Shown here: in pieces, positions 15,758 to 28,769 of the stretch
How positions within the stretch are numbered: the stretch's first letter is position 1
How the letters are laid out: the number at the start of each line of letters is the position of its first letter
From: Blastocystis sp. Blastoise
Lineage: Eukaryota; Protista; Bigyra: Opalinata
NCBI GenBank assembly: GCA_039096225.1
Contig: JBBPEB010000013.1
Coordinates: 930,001-994,000 of the forward strand
Direction: 5' to 3'
DNA: 64,000 nucleotides
Made by a program: the position numbers and the translations under genes
The notes under the pieces: generated by a model
What the model was told of the DNA's origin: nothing
The model's database searches: none
Seen by the model: the letters and a program-made list of their open reading frames with translations, nothing else

Positions 15758-17049
15758 ATAAAGAGTAGATTAGTTGCGGCTGTGGGTATACCTGTTCTTT
15801 AAGGAGTATGAGAGAGTAATATATAGGGAGAAAGGAAAGGAGGATACTAGAATATAACGAGAAGAGTTAAGGAATAGAAAGGAAGGGAGAGACACTATGA
15901 AGGGATAGAATAAGATAGATAATATAATGCCAATTAATAAGTATAATAATAATAATAGCTATAATAACTATAATATATATACAAGATAAATAACCATGCT
16001 TCTGATAATCATGGTTATCAAGGAGAGACATAAAACGCTGGTATTATAGGAGGTATATAGTAAGTATATATATATTGATGTATTTGTGGTTTATAAATAT
16101 ATAATGTCATATCTATCATATGTATAGCATTTTAATATCTATATATACATTAATTATAAATATAAAATAGTTAATACTATGTTAATATTTTATATCAAAA
16201 GTTTTATAGTGTATAATTAAATATACAATTGAGAAATACTGGAGAAGTAATATTCCCCGCGATTAAGGATTCATAAAGACAGCACCCACAATAATACTGG
16301 AAGATGAAGAAGGAGAAATATGGAGAACTGTACATAACCACGGGGATAATAAGTATATATATTCTATAAATTATTTAATAAGAAGATCTTGTTTAGTAAG
16401 TAGCTGACAGAGGGATTCAAACATCCATAAAATACATAGATTCTATATAATAATAATAGTAATATATAATAATATATAGATTCTATATAAAATAATAATA
16501 ATAAATATAATAATAATAATAATAAATATCTATATATATATAGCATACATAAGGGAAATACATGACTATAGAGCTATATATTCCTTTATATTTATAAATT
16601 ATTCCTAATGCTTGTTATGTATATTTATGTTTATGTATATATATTAAGGAATGAATAAGAAGAAAGAATAAGAGGAACACGAGGTAATAAATAAGGATGA
16701 GAAGGAGTTAAGAAGGTATCTATATATAATAATAATAATAATAATATATACATATATATACAATTTAAATCTTTATTTTTTAACTGGACAAATACATATC
16801 AATTTATATATATATATATAATTCTGCACAATAACTACATTCAGATGCTAATATATCAATTTATATATATATATATAATTCTGCACAATAACTACATTCA
16901 GATGCTAATATAATTATTTATATTTGTGATATAGGGTTTCATAAACTATATATTTATAAATATAAATAATAATTATAATTATAATAAATATAATAATAAT
17001 AGATATAATAATAATAATAAATATAATAATAGATATAATAATAAATATA

Positions 17050-17088
<39 letters not shown>

Positions 17089-20000
17089 TAATAATACTAA
17101 TAAATATAATAATAATAAATATAATAAATATAAATATAATAATAATAAATATAATAAACATAACAATATATACCTTTTTTATTAGGTTCAAAATTAAATC
17201 CAAAATCTCTACTGGCAACTCTCATTCTCCCTCCAGATCGAGGAGGGGGAAGTGGGGGTAATGCTGATGATGATATATTCAATTTATTATTATTATTATT
17301 ATTAATATTATTATTATTATTCTTTCCTAAAGTAATAATATTATTATGATGAGAAATAGCTATTCTATCTTTATTTGTAGGAGTTAATAATATATTACTA
17401 GCACAATTATTATGTATATCATATGTATAATCAATACAAGTATTAAGATCTGAAGATTGTAACGTTGATTTGATTTGATTGGCTATTGTTGAAGATAAAT
17501 GTGCGGATAACGGACTGTTAACATTCTGAGGAATAGTATTTTTATCATTATTATCATTAGTATTATTATTAGTATAATTATTATCATTTTCAAATAATTC
17601 ACCATTACTAATACTATTGATTCTCTTTAGAGGAATAGGAGAAGTACTTTTCGATAAGGTGATATTTCTATATCATTATCTGCTTCTTTATATATAGTAT
17701 CCATATTAATTGGACGTATTTCAGAGAATGAAGATGAATTTCCTTGTGTAGTAGTAGTATATATTTCATTGCGATCACCATCAAATACTATTTCATTAGT
17801 ATTATTCACTTCATAAGGAGAAACAGATGTAGATGAAGGCATAGGAGTAATAGAAGCTTTTGGAAATGGTATTTCTGAATCATATTCTAAAGGATCTAAA
17901 GAATTTCTATTCGAACCAGAAAGATGATGAGAGAAAGAATGTATATTATTATTAGTAGTAGTATCAACTTATAATTCATTACTATTGATTAATATATTAT
18001 TTGATATAGGAGGAGGAGTAGCCGATTTGATATAGAACTATCTACAATAGGAGACGAGACACAATCATTATTTTCATGATAACTACTATTTGAGTCTTGT
18101 TTCATGAGATGGTGTTGACTATTATATTGTAAATTCGAGAGAGAAAGAGGAATAGAAGAAGGTGGAGTTGCTGATAAAGATGGAGGTATATATATAGATG
18201 TACCTATATGAGTAGAAGGAGTAGATATACGTATTGATGAAGGATATGAATGACCTAATAATTTATTAGCTATTATATTATTATTTAGAGTAGTATTATT
18301 ATTAGTATTATTTATAGAAGATACAATAGGCATATTATTATTAGTAGTAGCATTAGTATTAATACTATTCATATTAATACCATTAATATTAATTTTCTTT
18401 TCTAAGAATAATTTATGCATTACTTCTGGTTTATAGAAAGGAGTTAATATATAGAAAGCATCAAGTAATGTAGAGGTAAATAATTGCTGTATTATATAAG
18501 GATTTGAAAAAGATGGAGTTAATAAAGAAAAATAAATTTCTATTATCATTTGTATAGATGCAGAATCTATATAATATTAATAATTATTAGATATTATAAA
18601 TATTTAAAAAAATGAAATTATATATATATATACCTTTATGACATATATTGGCTAATATATATATATCTCTTTGCCACCTCTGTAACATTCTAATATATAC
18701 CTCATCCGATATATGGTCATCCACCAAATTATCTAAAGCCTTCTCTATATATATATTATATAAACATATGTATATATATTATATACTATAAATATATATA
18801 CTTCTTTTAATATCTAAAGATAATGTTGTTCAATAACCAGTCAATTTATCTTGATCATCTCTATATATAATATTATATACAAATATACATAATCATATAT
18901 ATATACAATTTAGTTAAAGCAGCAAGATAAAGTAATAGAATATCTTTAAATAAAAAATATTATCATCTTTTTCATATCTTAAACATTTATGTATATAATC
19001 ACATATTTCTGTATCCATATAATTAGTAATATGTATAATATCATATATAAAGTTGATAATAGAACGATATTGCTTTGTTATTGTAGTATCTGCAGAATTA
19101 TCACGATATATATATATATATATCATATAAATGTGTTCCTTGTACTAACATATATATTATGGAAACATCCTATATATTATTATTATTATTTATAATATAA
19201 TAATCTTTATTAAATAATAATAAGAATTAATAAAATAATAATAATAATATGTATATACATTAATGAGTATATCTGGATAGTTCTTATATAATAATATATA
19301 GATCATAAATGGGTTTTGAGAGGTAGATAATATCTTATAGAGATTCGGAGTAGATGTAACTACTGTATGATAATATTCAAAATATAACCTATATATATAT
19401 AGTACAATATATATTCTATTTAGTATAGTATATAAATATTATAATATAATATTCTGTTATATAATAATAATAGGATAAATATTAATAATATATATATATA
19501 TATATATACTTAATAGCTTGAAAGTTGATTTTATGAAACATCCAAAAGCATAGGATAATGATTAATAAATATAATTATATAAGAACCATTTTCTTTATCT
19601 TTCATAAATGTAAAGAAAAAACAATACATTATTTTCTATATAAATAATAATCATATAGTATATATTAGTATATATAAATATAATAATAATATATATATAT
19701 ATATATACAAATAATGGTATAGTTGTAGAATCTCTTTATTCTCACAGCATAAGTTAATATATAAGGATAATACTGTATCATAATCTTCAATAGATATATA
19801 TTGAGTAATAAAATGAGAAAATAATATATTATTTATATATATATATCTAATGATAAATATAATACAGTAGAAGCACAAAATAATGTACGTGTCTATATAT
19901 ATATATAATTAATATTAATCTAATTATTATTTAAAAAATAAAGAAAAATAATATAAGAATAATAAGAATAATAATATATAAATATACAAGTAATTGAACA

Positions 20001-20510
20001 GATTTAACAATGAAGAAACTAGATAGTTTCCCTATATTCGGATTTTTATAAATATCAATAATATAATGCTTTCCAGGGATGGGAGGATTTGGTTTCTCAT
20101 AAGGTAATAATGGATTAAATAAACATAAGCAATAAACATTAGGTATATAGGCAAAGAGGAAAGGAAATAAAGTAAATAATCGAGAAGATAAAGAGAATAG
20201 AGAGGCAAAGAGACTGGGTCTATAGAAGAAGTATTATTAGAATAATATGTATATTAATATATATAACAATAATAAGTATAAAAATGATAAAAATAAATAT
20301 AATAAAAGAAGAATAGTAATAAATATATATATGTTGATCTTCAGTAGCTGTAAAACAATCAAAATATATATATATACAAATATAGTAATATTGATAGAAT
20401 GATTCAATCTATATATAATAATAATAATAATAATAATAAATAGACATACCATTTTTATTTGAAAGAATAGTACCATCAATCGGATTTGTAAATGGTAAAG
20501 AAAAATTCAT
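15610..20510 (-). CDS. Large multi-exon hypothetical protein with an N/S/P-rich low-complexity middle (boundaries approximate)
   Basis: Successive minus-strand exons bounded by GTATAT...TATAG introns. Candidate start MNFSLPFTNPIDG at 20510; long exon ~17170-18565. No family recognised. Confidence 0.5.
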
Positions 20511-22185
20511 ATTCTATATATAATATATTAAAATTAGCATAAAATAATATAGAATTAAAATAAATTAAAATTAAATAAATATTTAATATAGGAAAATAAA
20601 AAAAAAGAAAAATGTTAATGCAAACGAAAAAAAATATATATGATATTTATATACTGTTGATAACATGTTGAGTTGTTGTTTGACAGTGATTTGAGTAAGA
20701 ACCACCAAAAAGAACCTAAAAAAATTAAAAAAAAAGAAATGGAAAAAAATACCTTACCAAATAGATAGATAACAACAATTCTTTTTGACAAACACTTCTA
20801 ATAGTGACTGAGGAGACTGTTTGAACGCAGACGGGAAGCCAGAATGAAGAACCTAAAAGAATCAGATAAAAAAATAGGAAATATTCAATAAATAAATTAT
20901 GATATAATATATACCTGTATAGAAAACACCTAAGATATGCATAGCAGTAACTAGATCTGCTTGTATGCAACAAATTAAAAATAAAGATAAATTCATATTT
21001 AAAGTCAATTTTTTAGTCAAATAATAAAAATTTTCATAAAAATTCATTTTTAATTTTTTTTTTAATTTTTTATGACTCAATACTAAAGTAACAAGTTTTA
21101 ACAATTATATATTACACTATTGACACAACATTATTGTATCCCACTACTTTCAGGTTTTAAAAAAATACTCATTTTTGTTGACTCTCTGATCTATTTATAT
21201 TCTGTTCTAAAAGCTATTGATTATAACTTGAAACGTTTTTATAATACATAATTAACTCTCAAAACAACTCTTTAAAAGACTTTTCTTTGATTCTGAGGAA
21301 AAGTAGTTTTTTTATAAGTTTTGACATACTCTTTGTATGCGGAACTTTAAGTCATGATAGAATAAAATGAAAAAAGTCTTTTAAAACTCTTATGTCGTCT
21401 GATATATAATAAAATATAAATAGACTCACTTTTAAACAATAAAAATATTCCCGTAAATATTTTAAAAATTCAAAACTCTGGTCTGATTGCCCATGGAACA
21501 AATAGGCTCGGTTCAATTTTTCAATGTAAAAAAAATATAAATTTTTGACTTTTTGACTGAATTTTGGTTTTGTCCCATAGAGGTCAGCTTATTCACTTTT
21601 AATCATATATGTGACTATGAGAGGGTCTTCACTTTAAACACAACTATAAAATACTTTAAAATATTGACCCCATTATTTGTCGGAATTGCGACTTTAAAAT
21701 AAATAAAAACGTTTTGGATATTGGGTGACCCTCTGCAAATAAAAATTAATGTCAATTCTTTATTAAAATATGTCTAATAGGGTATTTGAGTCTAAATCAA
21801 AAGTCGACTTAAAAATTTTGTGAAAATTTTCATTTTTTTGCCTAAGTCTTTTTTTTCTTGAGTTTTCATTGGCTGAATCAATTTTGAACGAAAATCAACC
21901 AATCAAAAACCTTCAAAAACTCAAAAGTGCCTACCAGTGTTTGTAAATAAAAATGCTTCTCTTAAATTAAATAACTACTTTTCTAAATTATTATAATAAT
22001 CTATTAAAATATTTCTTATGTTTTAATTACTACAAAAATTTTATGTAAGCTTTATAAAGAAAATAAAAATATATTCTTGAGTATATTTTTTTCTAATAAT
22101 GACAAAAGAAATAAAAAGAATTTTAATTGGCTATGAAGAATTTGTGTTTTCAAACCACCAATCGTTTAGAGTCTAAAATAAACAG

Positions 22186-22322
22186 TTGGGTATTTCTACC
22201 AATTTTGTAAAAATTTTGGGTATTTTAACAAAAATTTTGAAAGATTTTGGGTATTTCTAACAATTCGATTTTTTTTTGGGCAGGTTAAAATAATTATGGT
22301 TTTTTTGGGTATTTCTAACAAT
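22186..22322 (+). repeat. Array of TTGGGTATTTCTAAC-like motifs at ~30-bp period, abutting the left edge of the viral element
   Basis: Copies start at 22186, 22216, 22247, 22276 (degenerate) and 22305. Confidence 0.8.
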
Positions 22323-22692
22323 GCCTCTTAATGATATCTTCATCATCTGTACAAATAGATATATTCTTCATTATATAAGTAATCATTTGCATATAATTAG
22401 CTACAGTAGTATTGGATAATCCACCTTGTTGTCCAGGAGCTTCTGTTTGTGTATGTTGCATAACATTTTGAAATTGAAATGGATCTGTTAACACTTCTAC
22501 ACAAAAGAACGGTTCTTCCATATCATCTATTTGAATTCGTTCTTCATTACGAAATTTCTTACATATTGTCTTGATCCATTTCTTCCAATTTATACTTGTT
22601 GATAATTGTATTTTCTTCCAATGTAATAATTGATCTATACAATTTGTAAAGAATTCTTCACAATCTTTATCTGAATAACCTGTTGATTGCAT
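22315..22692 (-). pseudogene. Viral ORF, possibly the N-terminal core-binding part of a truncated tyrosine recombinase
   Basis: GLSNTTVANYMQMITYIMK resembles the LSxxTxxNY helix of integrase N-terminal domains. The stop codon falls inside the flanking 30-bp repeat and the TGTTTTGTT motif is absent. Confidence 0.4.
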
Positions 22693-22759
22693 TATTAAAA
22701 ATTAAATTATTTATAAACAAAACAAATTTATTATTAATATTTTATAACATTTCATAGAA

Positions 22760-23182
22760 TTATAAATGAAGAGATTGAACAATAGAATCAACACTTATAT
22801 TTAATTTCATTAATTGAACAGCTAATTCTTGTATTGATTCATTTTGATTAGAATCAATTTCTTCTAATTCATTCAAGACTTCAGATATATGTTTGACTTC
22901 TTCTTCAATAATAGTTTGTTGTATTTTCATTGTCTTATAATAGACTTTCTTTGTTTGTGGATTACAACAATTACAATGAATATCTATATTTTTAACAATT
23001 AATTGAAAGAATTCAGTTGATTTCTCAAATAAACATTTTATAGCTTTTATAATAAATTCTAATAAAGTATTTTTCTTTTCTATTTCTTCTTCGGATAATG
23101 TGGTTGTTGTTGAACTATCTGAACTTGTTGAACTTGTACTTGATAAAGAATGTAAGGATTCAGATACAGATTTAGGCTCCAT
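22760..23182 (-). CDS. Viral hypothetical protein (Ser/Thr-rich N-terminus, HCNCC motif, coiled-coil C-terminus)
   Basis: Intact 140-aa ORF followed by the element's 3' motif at 22716-22724. Confidence 0.7.
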   Translation of the reverse strand: MEPKSVSESLHSLSSTSSTSSDSSTTTTLSEEEIEKKNTLLEFIIKAIKCLFEKSTEFFQLIVKNIDIHCNCCNPQTKKVYYKTMKIQQTIIEEEVKHISEVLNELEEIDSNQNESIQELAVQLMKLNISVDSIVQSLHL

Positions 23183-23249
23183 TTTTTAATAATTTTTAAA
23201 TGAATAATATAACAAAACATTTTTTAATTTAAATATATCATTAAAATAT

Positions 23250-25688
23250 TTATATATAAGAGATAGTTAATAAAACAACACAAGGATAATCACAAGTAAT
23301 AAAGAACATATTATCATGAGGTAATAACTTTAATAATTTACGATTACAATAATAAACATTCTTATTAATCTTATTCGATATACCTTCATATTTAATACCA
23401 TTCGAATAGTAATAAGGTAGATTTGTAGTATCAATAACATGAATATTATTCTCATATTCATTAGTAAAACATCTTAATGAAATAGGATATAAGTAATCAG
23501 TGGATTGACCATACACTGATATAATTTGTATATTTGTTAAGTATTGATAACCATAGACATTGGTTTTCTTCAATTCATAAATTAAATTCTTACTTGTACT
23601 AAAATCACAATATACTTCATCATAAGCTTTGAAACGTATATCACTACCATTCGGTTCACATATATTACAAATGATATTTCCTTTGAATAATTCATCAAAT
23701 CTTAAATCTATATGATGATCAATTGTAATTGGAGAATTTATATTACTATAAGTAACATATTTATCCGATAAAGGAAAACTAAATGTAGGATAATATGATC
23801 CATTTATATATCCAGTACATAATTTAGATGCATTTGTTTGGATCGTATCAGTATCATTCTGAATAATAATATCTTTTAAGATCTTATTCTGGATATTCAA
23901 TGTAGGATATTCAGCATAGAATTGTGTGTCTGCTGTTTGACAATTCAAACATAATTTCTTAATAGTTTCACTTGGTTGAATCGTATCTACTGTATCTGAG
24001 AATTCTAAGAATCCTCTTAAAATACAATTATTATTGAAATTCACATATTGTTTATTTTTATCAGTATATCGTATTGTAATATCTTGTATTGTATTCAAAT
24101 AAGGAGACACATTAATATTCATAATATCATGAAATTCATTATTGCCTTTATAATTATTCACATTGAATGAATATAAAGAATTCTGACTATTATCTACTAT
24201 ATTCGATTGAGCTATTAACATTCCCTTTGGACGACTACTATCAATATTATGAATACCATAATTAATAATTTCATCATGACCTAATTTATTATAACCTAAG
24301 ATTTCACCTAATTCTTGAGCTTGAGAAAAATCTATATGATAACTATCAGTATAACACTTATAATTACCATCTAAATCTAATGTATTTAAATCAACAGGTG
24401 TATCTGGTAATAATTGTTTACCATAAGATACATGCCAAGCAAAACATCCTTGTTCATCATAAACCAGATCAGGTCGTATATTATGTAGAGCACCACGATA
24501 CTTAAATAATGAATGTTCTATATCTATAGCTGTAAATGTCCATGATGTTGAATCAATATCTTGAAATGATAAATATAAAATATATCCATCCTTATCGTCC
24601 ATAGTTTGAGCATCTTTTGATATACTTAAATAATTTGTTTTAATAGTATTATTAATTGAACTTTCTAATAAATCATAGAATTCATCTTCAGTATAGTCAC
24701 CAGGAGGAACAGTGAATGTAGTGTCATAATTACCATCATATTTATTTATATGTCTAATAATCATATTATTATATTTATCTTCAACTGTAACTGTTCTTTT
24801 CATTCTATTTAATGTAATTTCTTTTTGAGGTGTAGTATACACCAATGTATTGCTATTTATTTTCAAACCAGTGAATAATTGACTTTCTAAACTGAGTATA
24901 TTACTACTTGACCAATTAAAATAAAATGTATGAGCACCATTTACTTCACAAGTTATTTTATTTTCACTATCTTGTGTTGAAACAGTATATGTTTTATAAT
25001 CATTACTTCCATTAGTAAAGAATCCATTAAATGTATAAGTTCCTGTTGTTGTAACAGGAATATTATAAGTGGTGACTTCAGGTCTATATATTGTTATAGT
25101 ATCATCATCATATTTCATCATTATTCGATTACCTACCGGGTTTTTCCATACAGCTGATACACAACATACAGCAACCCACCAAAATTCTATATCTGTATAG
25201 GTTCCTCTTGGGAAATAAAAGCCACGTCTAGTATTAGCAATTGTGAATTCACAATACCAATCATCTCTATCAATGGTTATTGTAGGGGATTCATTAATTT
25301 TGACAGTAGGATCAATATCAGGAGAATCTTTTATTACTGGTCTATCACATACATCAAAATGACATAGTTCTAATAATTGTGGAATTGAATAATTTTTCTG
25401 ATCTAAAGTGATTGTGTATACTTTATTATTTCCATTAACACGAGTATTTATATATTTGAATATTTGTGTTTTTGTGAAAGTATCAAATAGAGGCACACTT
25501 TCACTACCAATTAAATTAAGATCAATATAAGAAATGACATTTTTAGTGATATCAATAGAATTCGATAAATGTATATTGAATTGATTATCAATACAACGAA
25601 CATCAATAGGGACTACATGTGTTTTAATACGAGTATCCTTCTCTTCTAATGAAGTCTGTTCTTCATAATTATCATCATCAAGTTCCAT
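23250..25688 (-). CDS. Large minor capsid (penton)-like protein with repeated insertion domains
   Basis: Beta-rich. Three copies of a penton-like motif (LDQKNYSIPQL, FPRGTYTDIEF, VPPGDYTEDEF), then LGEILGY, IAQSNIV and IQDITIRYTDKNKQYVNFNN, which parallel the 221-aa penton. Confidence 0.6.
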   Translation of the reverse strand: MELDDDNYEEQTSLEEKDTRIKTHVVPIDVRCIDNQFNIHLSNSIDITKNVISYIDLNLIGSESVPLFDTFTKTQIFKYINTRVNGNNKVYTITLDQKNYSIPQLLELCHFDVCDRPVIKDSPDIDPTVKINESPTITIDRDDWYCEFTIANTRRGFYFPRGTYTDIEFWWVAVCCVSAVWKNPVGNRIMMKYDDDTITIYRPEVTTYNIPVTTTGTYTFNGFFTNGSNDYKTYTVSTQDSENKITCEVNGAHTFYFNWSSSNILSLESQLFTGLKINSNTLVYTTPQKEITLNRMKRTVTVEDKYNNMIIRHINKYDGNYDTTFTVPPGDYTEDEFYDLLESSINNTIKTNYLSISKDAQTMDDKDGYILYLSFQDIDSTSWTFTAIDIEHSLFKYRGALHNIRPDLVYDEQGCFAWHVSYGKQLLPDTPVDLNTLDLDGNYKCYTDSYHIDFSQAQELGEILGYNKLGHDEIINYGIHNIDSSRPKGMLIAQSNIVDNSQNSLYSFNVNNYKGNNEFHDIMNINVSPYLNTIQDITIRYTDKNKQYVNFNNNCILRGFLEFSDTVDTIQPSETIKKLCLNCQTADTQFYAEYPTLNIQNKILKDIIIQNDTDTIQTNASKLCTGYINGSYYPTFSFPLSDKYVTYSNINSPITIDHHIDLRFDELFKGNIICNICEPNGSDIRFKAYDEVYCDFSTSKNLIYELKKTNVYGYQYLTNIQIISVYGQSTDYLYPISLRCFTNEYENNIHVIDTTNLPYYYSNGIKYEGISNKINKNVYYCNRKLLKLLPHDNMFFITCDYPCVVLLTISYI

Positions 25689-25778
25689 ATTTTCTAATTT
25701 ATTAAATTATAATTTATATTAATTTATAAAAATTATTTAATTTTATTTATTTATTAATATTTTTTTATTTAAAAAAAA

Positions 25779-27272
25779 ATGAGAATCTTAAGAATTAAAG
25801 ATAATATTCCTATTCAAAGCAATACTGATATTCTATCTAGTCCTTATATCTTTCAATATCATTGGACTAATGTGGATAATACTTATATCAATTTCAATCA
25901 ATCCTATTTGGATCTTACTGTCAAGGCAACTGTAACAGATAAAGCTGGACCAGTTTCTGTTTATTTAGATGAAACAGGTACTTCTGCTAGTTTCACCTAT
26001 GATCAATTATGTCAATATTTCTTGGATCAATTAGTTCAAAAAGCTAATATTTATTCTATTATTGATACTACTGATGTTGAAATGGTTTATACATTACCTG
26101 ATGGATCTGATCGTGCTTTAAAATATGAAGAAAATTGTACACATGCTTCACGTGGTCGTAAAATGATATTATTAAAAGATATTAGTAAAAATGATTTAGA
26201 AAAATCTATGTATGGTGAAGATTTATCTGCAGATACTTATGAATTGAATTCTATTCGTTATATACGTGCACATCCAAATGAATCTATTCATATTGCTATT
26301 CCTTTATATCTTATTAGTGGTTTAGGTGTTGATGGAGATTCTTTAATATTAACTAAACATTTCAATATGTTATTTAGAACTAGTACTATTGAATCATTAA
26401 TTGATAATAAAATGAGTATTTATTTCAAGAATGGTACTGCTACCAAAACTACCGAATGGTTACATTTAGATGATGAAAAATGGTTTAGTACATTCAAGAT
26501 TGAATCAGCTACTATGAATTTAATGACTTATAAAGATATTCAGTTCCAATCGAATGAATTATATAAAACTATACCTACATGTATTCAAGTTGATTATCAA
26601 AATACAAGATTAACTACTAATCATTTCAATATCAATAGAGCTTTACCATTTATACCTGAATATATATTATTTTGGTTTACAAATGGGTATAGTTCAACAA
26701 CTATTAGTAATATAGCTAGTCCAAATGTATGGCCAACATATCAAAGTTGTTTGATTGGTGATGTTCAAATGTTCCCTCAAACTGAATTCCCTACTCAAAT
26801 GTATTATCATAATCTTACTACAAAAGGTCATGTCTTCAATAATGCAGAAACTACTAGTTTATCTTGTCCTAATAAGAATTTATATTGTTTATGGGCTGAT
26901 AATTCAAATCCTGAAACTATTCTTAAATATGATGAATGGATTAAACATCCTATTTATATTATTCCAACAAAATCATTAATGAATATCCAATCAGATAGTG
27001 GTATTGAATTGAATTTCGATTGTAATGTTGATGTTCATGATGTTAAATATGAACATATTGATTCATCCACTGTTCCTGATGGACAAACGTGTCAATGGAA
27101 AAGTTACGTTGATCCAACAGATAAAAAGACAAAATATCATTGGGAAGCTGATACTGCCTCTTATAAGGTAGCTTCTCATGCTGGTATTTATAAACATACT
27201 ACTACTGATCTAAGTGATAGTTCTCCTTATACCTTACATATGATTGCTGTACGTAGTGTGCGTGATATTTAA
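25779..27272 (+). CDS. Double-jelly-roll major capsid-like protein, paralogue 1
   Basis: YINFNQSYLDL, IAIPL, PEYILFWF and HPIYIIP resemble Polinton/PLV MCP patterns. Colinear with the next ORF and adjacent to the penton and ATPase. Confidence 0.7.
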   Translation: MRILRIKDNIPIQSNTDILSSPYIFQYHWTNVDNTYINFNQSYLDLTVKATVTDKAGPVSVYLDETGTSASFTYDQLCQYFLDQLVQKANIYSIIDTTDVEMVYTLPDGSDRALKYEENCTHASRGRKMILLKDISKNDLEKSMYGEDLSADTYELNSIRYIRAHPNESIHIAIPLYLISGLGVDGDSLILTKHFNMLFRTSTIESLIDNKMSIYFKNGTATKTTEWLHLDDEKWFSTFKIESATMNLMTYKDIQFQSNELYKTIPTCIQVDYQNTRLTTNHFNINRALPFIPEYILFWFTNGYSSTTISNIASPNVWPTYQSCLIGDVQMFPQTEFPTQMYYHNLTTKGHVFNNAETTSLSCPNKNLYCLWADNSNPETILKYDEWIKHPIYIIPTKSLMNIQSDSGIELNFDCNVDVHDVKYEHIDSSTVPDGQTCQWKSYVDPTDKKTKYHWEADTASYKVASHAGIYKHTTTDLSDSSPYTLHMIAVRSVRDI

Positions 27273-27447
27273 ATTTAATATTTCTTACTTACTATTCTTA
27301 ACGTTAACTTGTTTAATTAATTCTATTCTATTCTATAATACAATCATTTGTTTTGTTATAAAAAATAAAATTAATTAATAATTATAAAATATTATTATTT
27401 TTTTATTTTTATTTTGTTAAAAAAATATATAAACCATAATTATTAAT

Positions 27448-28671
27448 ATGGAAGGATTCCCAAGACAATTCTTACCTTCAAAGGCAAATCAAACTATTAA
27501 ACCTGTACAAATTCCTATTCTAGTTTCTACAAGTCAAGATTTATTAAATCAACCTTATCCATTTGAATTCTTATATAATTCAGTGGATAGCCCTTATATT
27601 GATTTCAGTAATTCATTCTTAGAACTGAATTTCAATATTACTGGTACTAGAGACAAAAATTCAACATCTTCAGTTGTACAACATTCTAATATCTATAGTA
27701 TTATTGATAAGATTACTACAGATCTTACGTTTGTATCTCCTACGGGTCAAGATATTCTTATTAATTATTCTGAATCTTCTATTGAATCCAGTAAAGCAAG
27801 AAAATTTGTTACTATTAAAGAATTAAGTAAAGATGAAATTGATAAATCTATGTATAGTATGACAGAATGCTTATATAATAACACGTTGAGTAGTATTGCT
27901 GGAATGGAAATGAAAGAAAAAGCTCAAGTTATTATTCCTTTATCTCTTATTACTGGTCTTGGTACATTTGATTGTGCTATTAAAGTAAAATCTTTGAAGA
28001 TGCAATTCGTTACAAATTATTTAAAGAATCTATTTACCGGTACCACTGTAATCACTGCATTGAAATTTGATCGTGTTTATATTCATCTTCAACAAATTTA
28101 TGATATTAATTTTGGTAATGATCCACGTGCTTTGATTAAATGTATTCCTAATAATTGTCAGATATCTGCATTCACTACACCTGTTTATTCACAAGCATCA
28201 GTATCAGGTACACCAACTCCACAACAATTCTTATCCAATAGAAGTGTTGTTTTCGTACCTGATTATTGTATGTTATACTTCACAAATCAAGAGAAGAGCA
28301 TGATTCCTATTAAAACTGAATTATTAAAATCATGTCAATTCCAAATTGGTGGTCAAAATATCTTACCTAAGACGGATTTCCCTACTACGTATAAAACAAC
28401 GAATCCATCACAAATTATTCCTAATGCTATGCTTTATAATACTTGGAGATGTAATAGTCATCCTCAATCTCCTTTAAATGGTGAAAAGTGGTATGAACAA
28501 CCTATTTATATATTCCCTATTTCAAGTGTTGTTGATGTCAATACGCGTAGTGGTTGTGAAGTTAATATCTCATTATTAACTGAATATACTGGTGGAACTG
28601 TTACTGGTCCTTATACTTTATATGCTCATTTTATATTTGTTAAATTTGTTAGAGATGGTGCTACCAATTAA
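27448..28671 (+). CDS. Double-jelly-roll major capsid-like protein, paralogue 2
   Basis: YIDFSNSFLEL, NIYSIID, VIIPLSLITGLG, PDYCMLYFTN, QPIYIFP. At 407 aa it has a typical MCP length. Confidence 0.75.
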   Translation: MEGFPRQFLPSKANQTIKPVQIPILVSTSQDLLNQPYPFEFLYNSVDSPYIDFSNSFLELNFNITGTRDKNSTSSVVQHSNIYSIIDKITTDLTFVSPTGQDILINYSESSIESSKARKFVTIKELSKDEIDKSMYSMTECLYNNTLSSIAGMEMKEKAQVIIPLSLITGLGTFDCAIKVKSLKMQFVTNYLKNLFTGTTVITALKFDRVYIHLQQIYDINFGNDPRALIKCIPNNCQISAFTTPVYSQASVSGTPTPQQFLSNRSVVFVPDYCMLYFTNQEKSMIPIKTELLKSCQFQIGGQNILPKTDFPTTYKTTNPSQIIPNAMLYNTWRCNSHPQSPLNGEKWYEQPIYIFPISSVVDVNTRSGCEVNISLLTEYTGGTVTGPYTLYAHFIFVKFVRDGATN

Positions 28672-28769
28672 TTTATTTATTTGATATTTTTATTATTTGT
28701 ATCAACTTTATATTATTCTAAAAAAATATTGTTTTGTTTATAATTTCATAATTAATTCATTTAATAAAA

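Noticed and set aside
16796-16911. Direct duplication of ~57 bp; similar short repeats in the RPAIN intron (53135-53325)
   Set aside because: Local slippage next to TA microsatellites; no sign of function.
22186-22322. CRISPR-like array
   Set aside because: Eukaryotic context, ~15-bp degenerate repeats, short AT-rich spacers and no cas genes.
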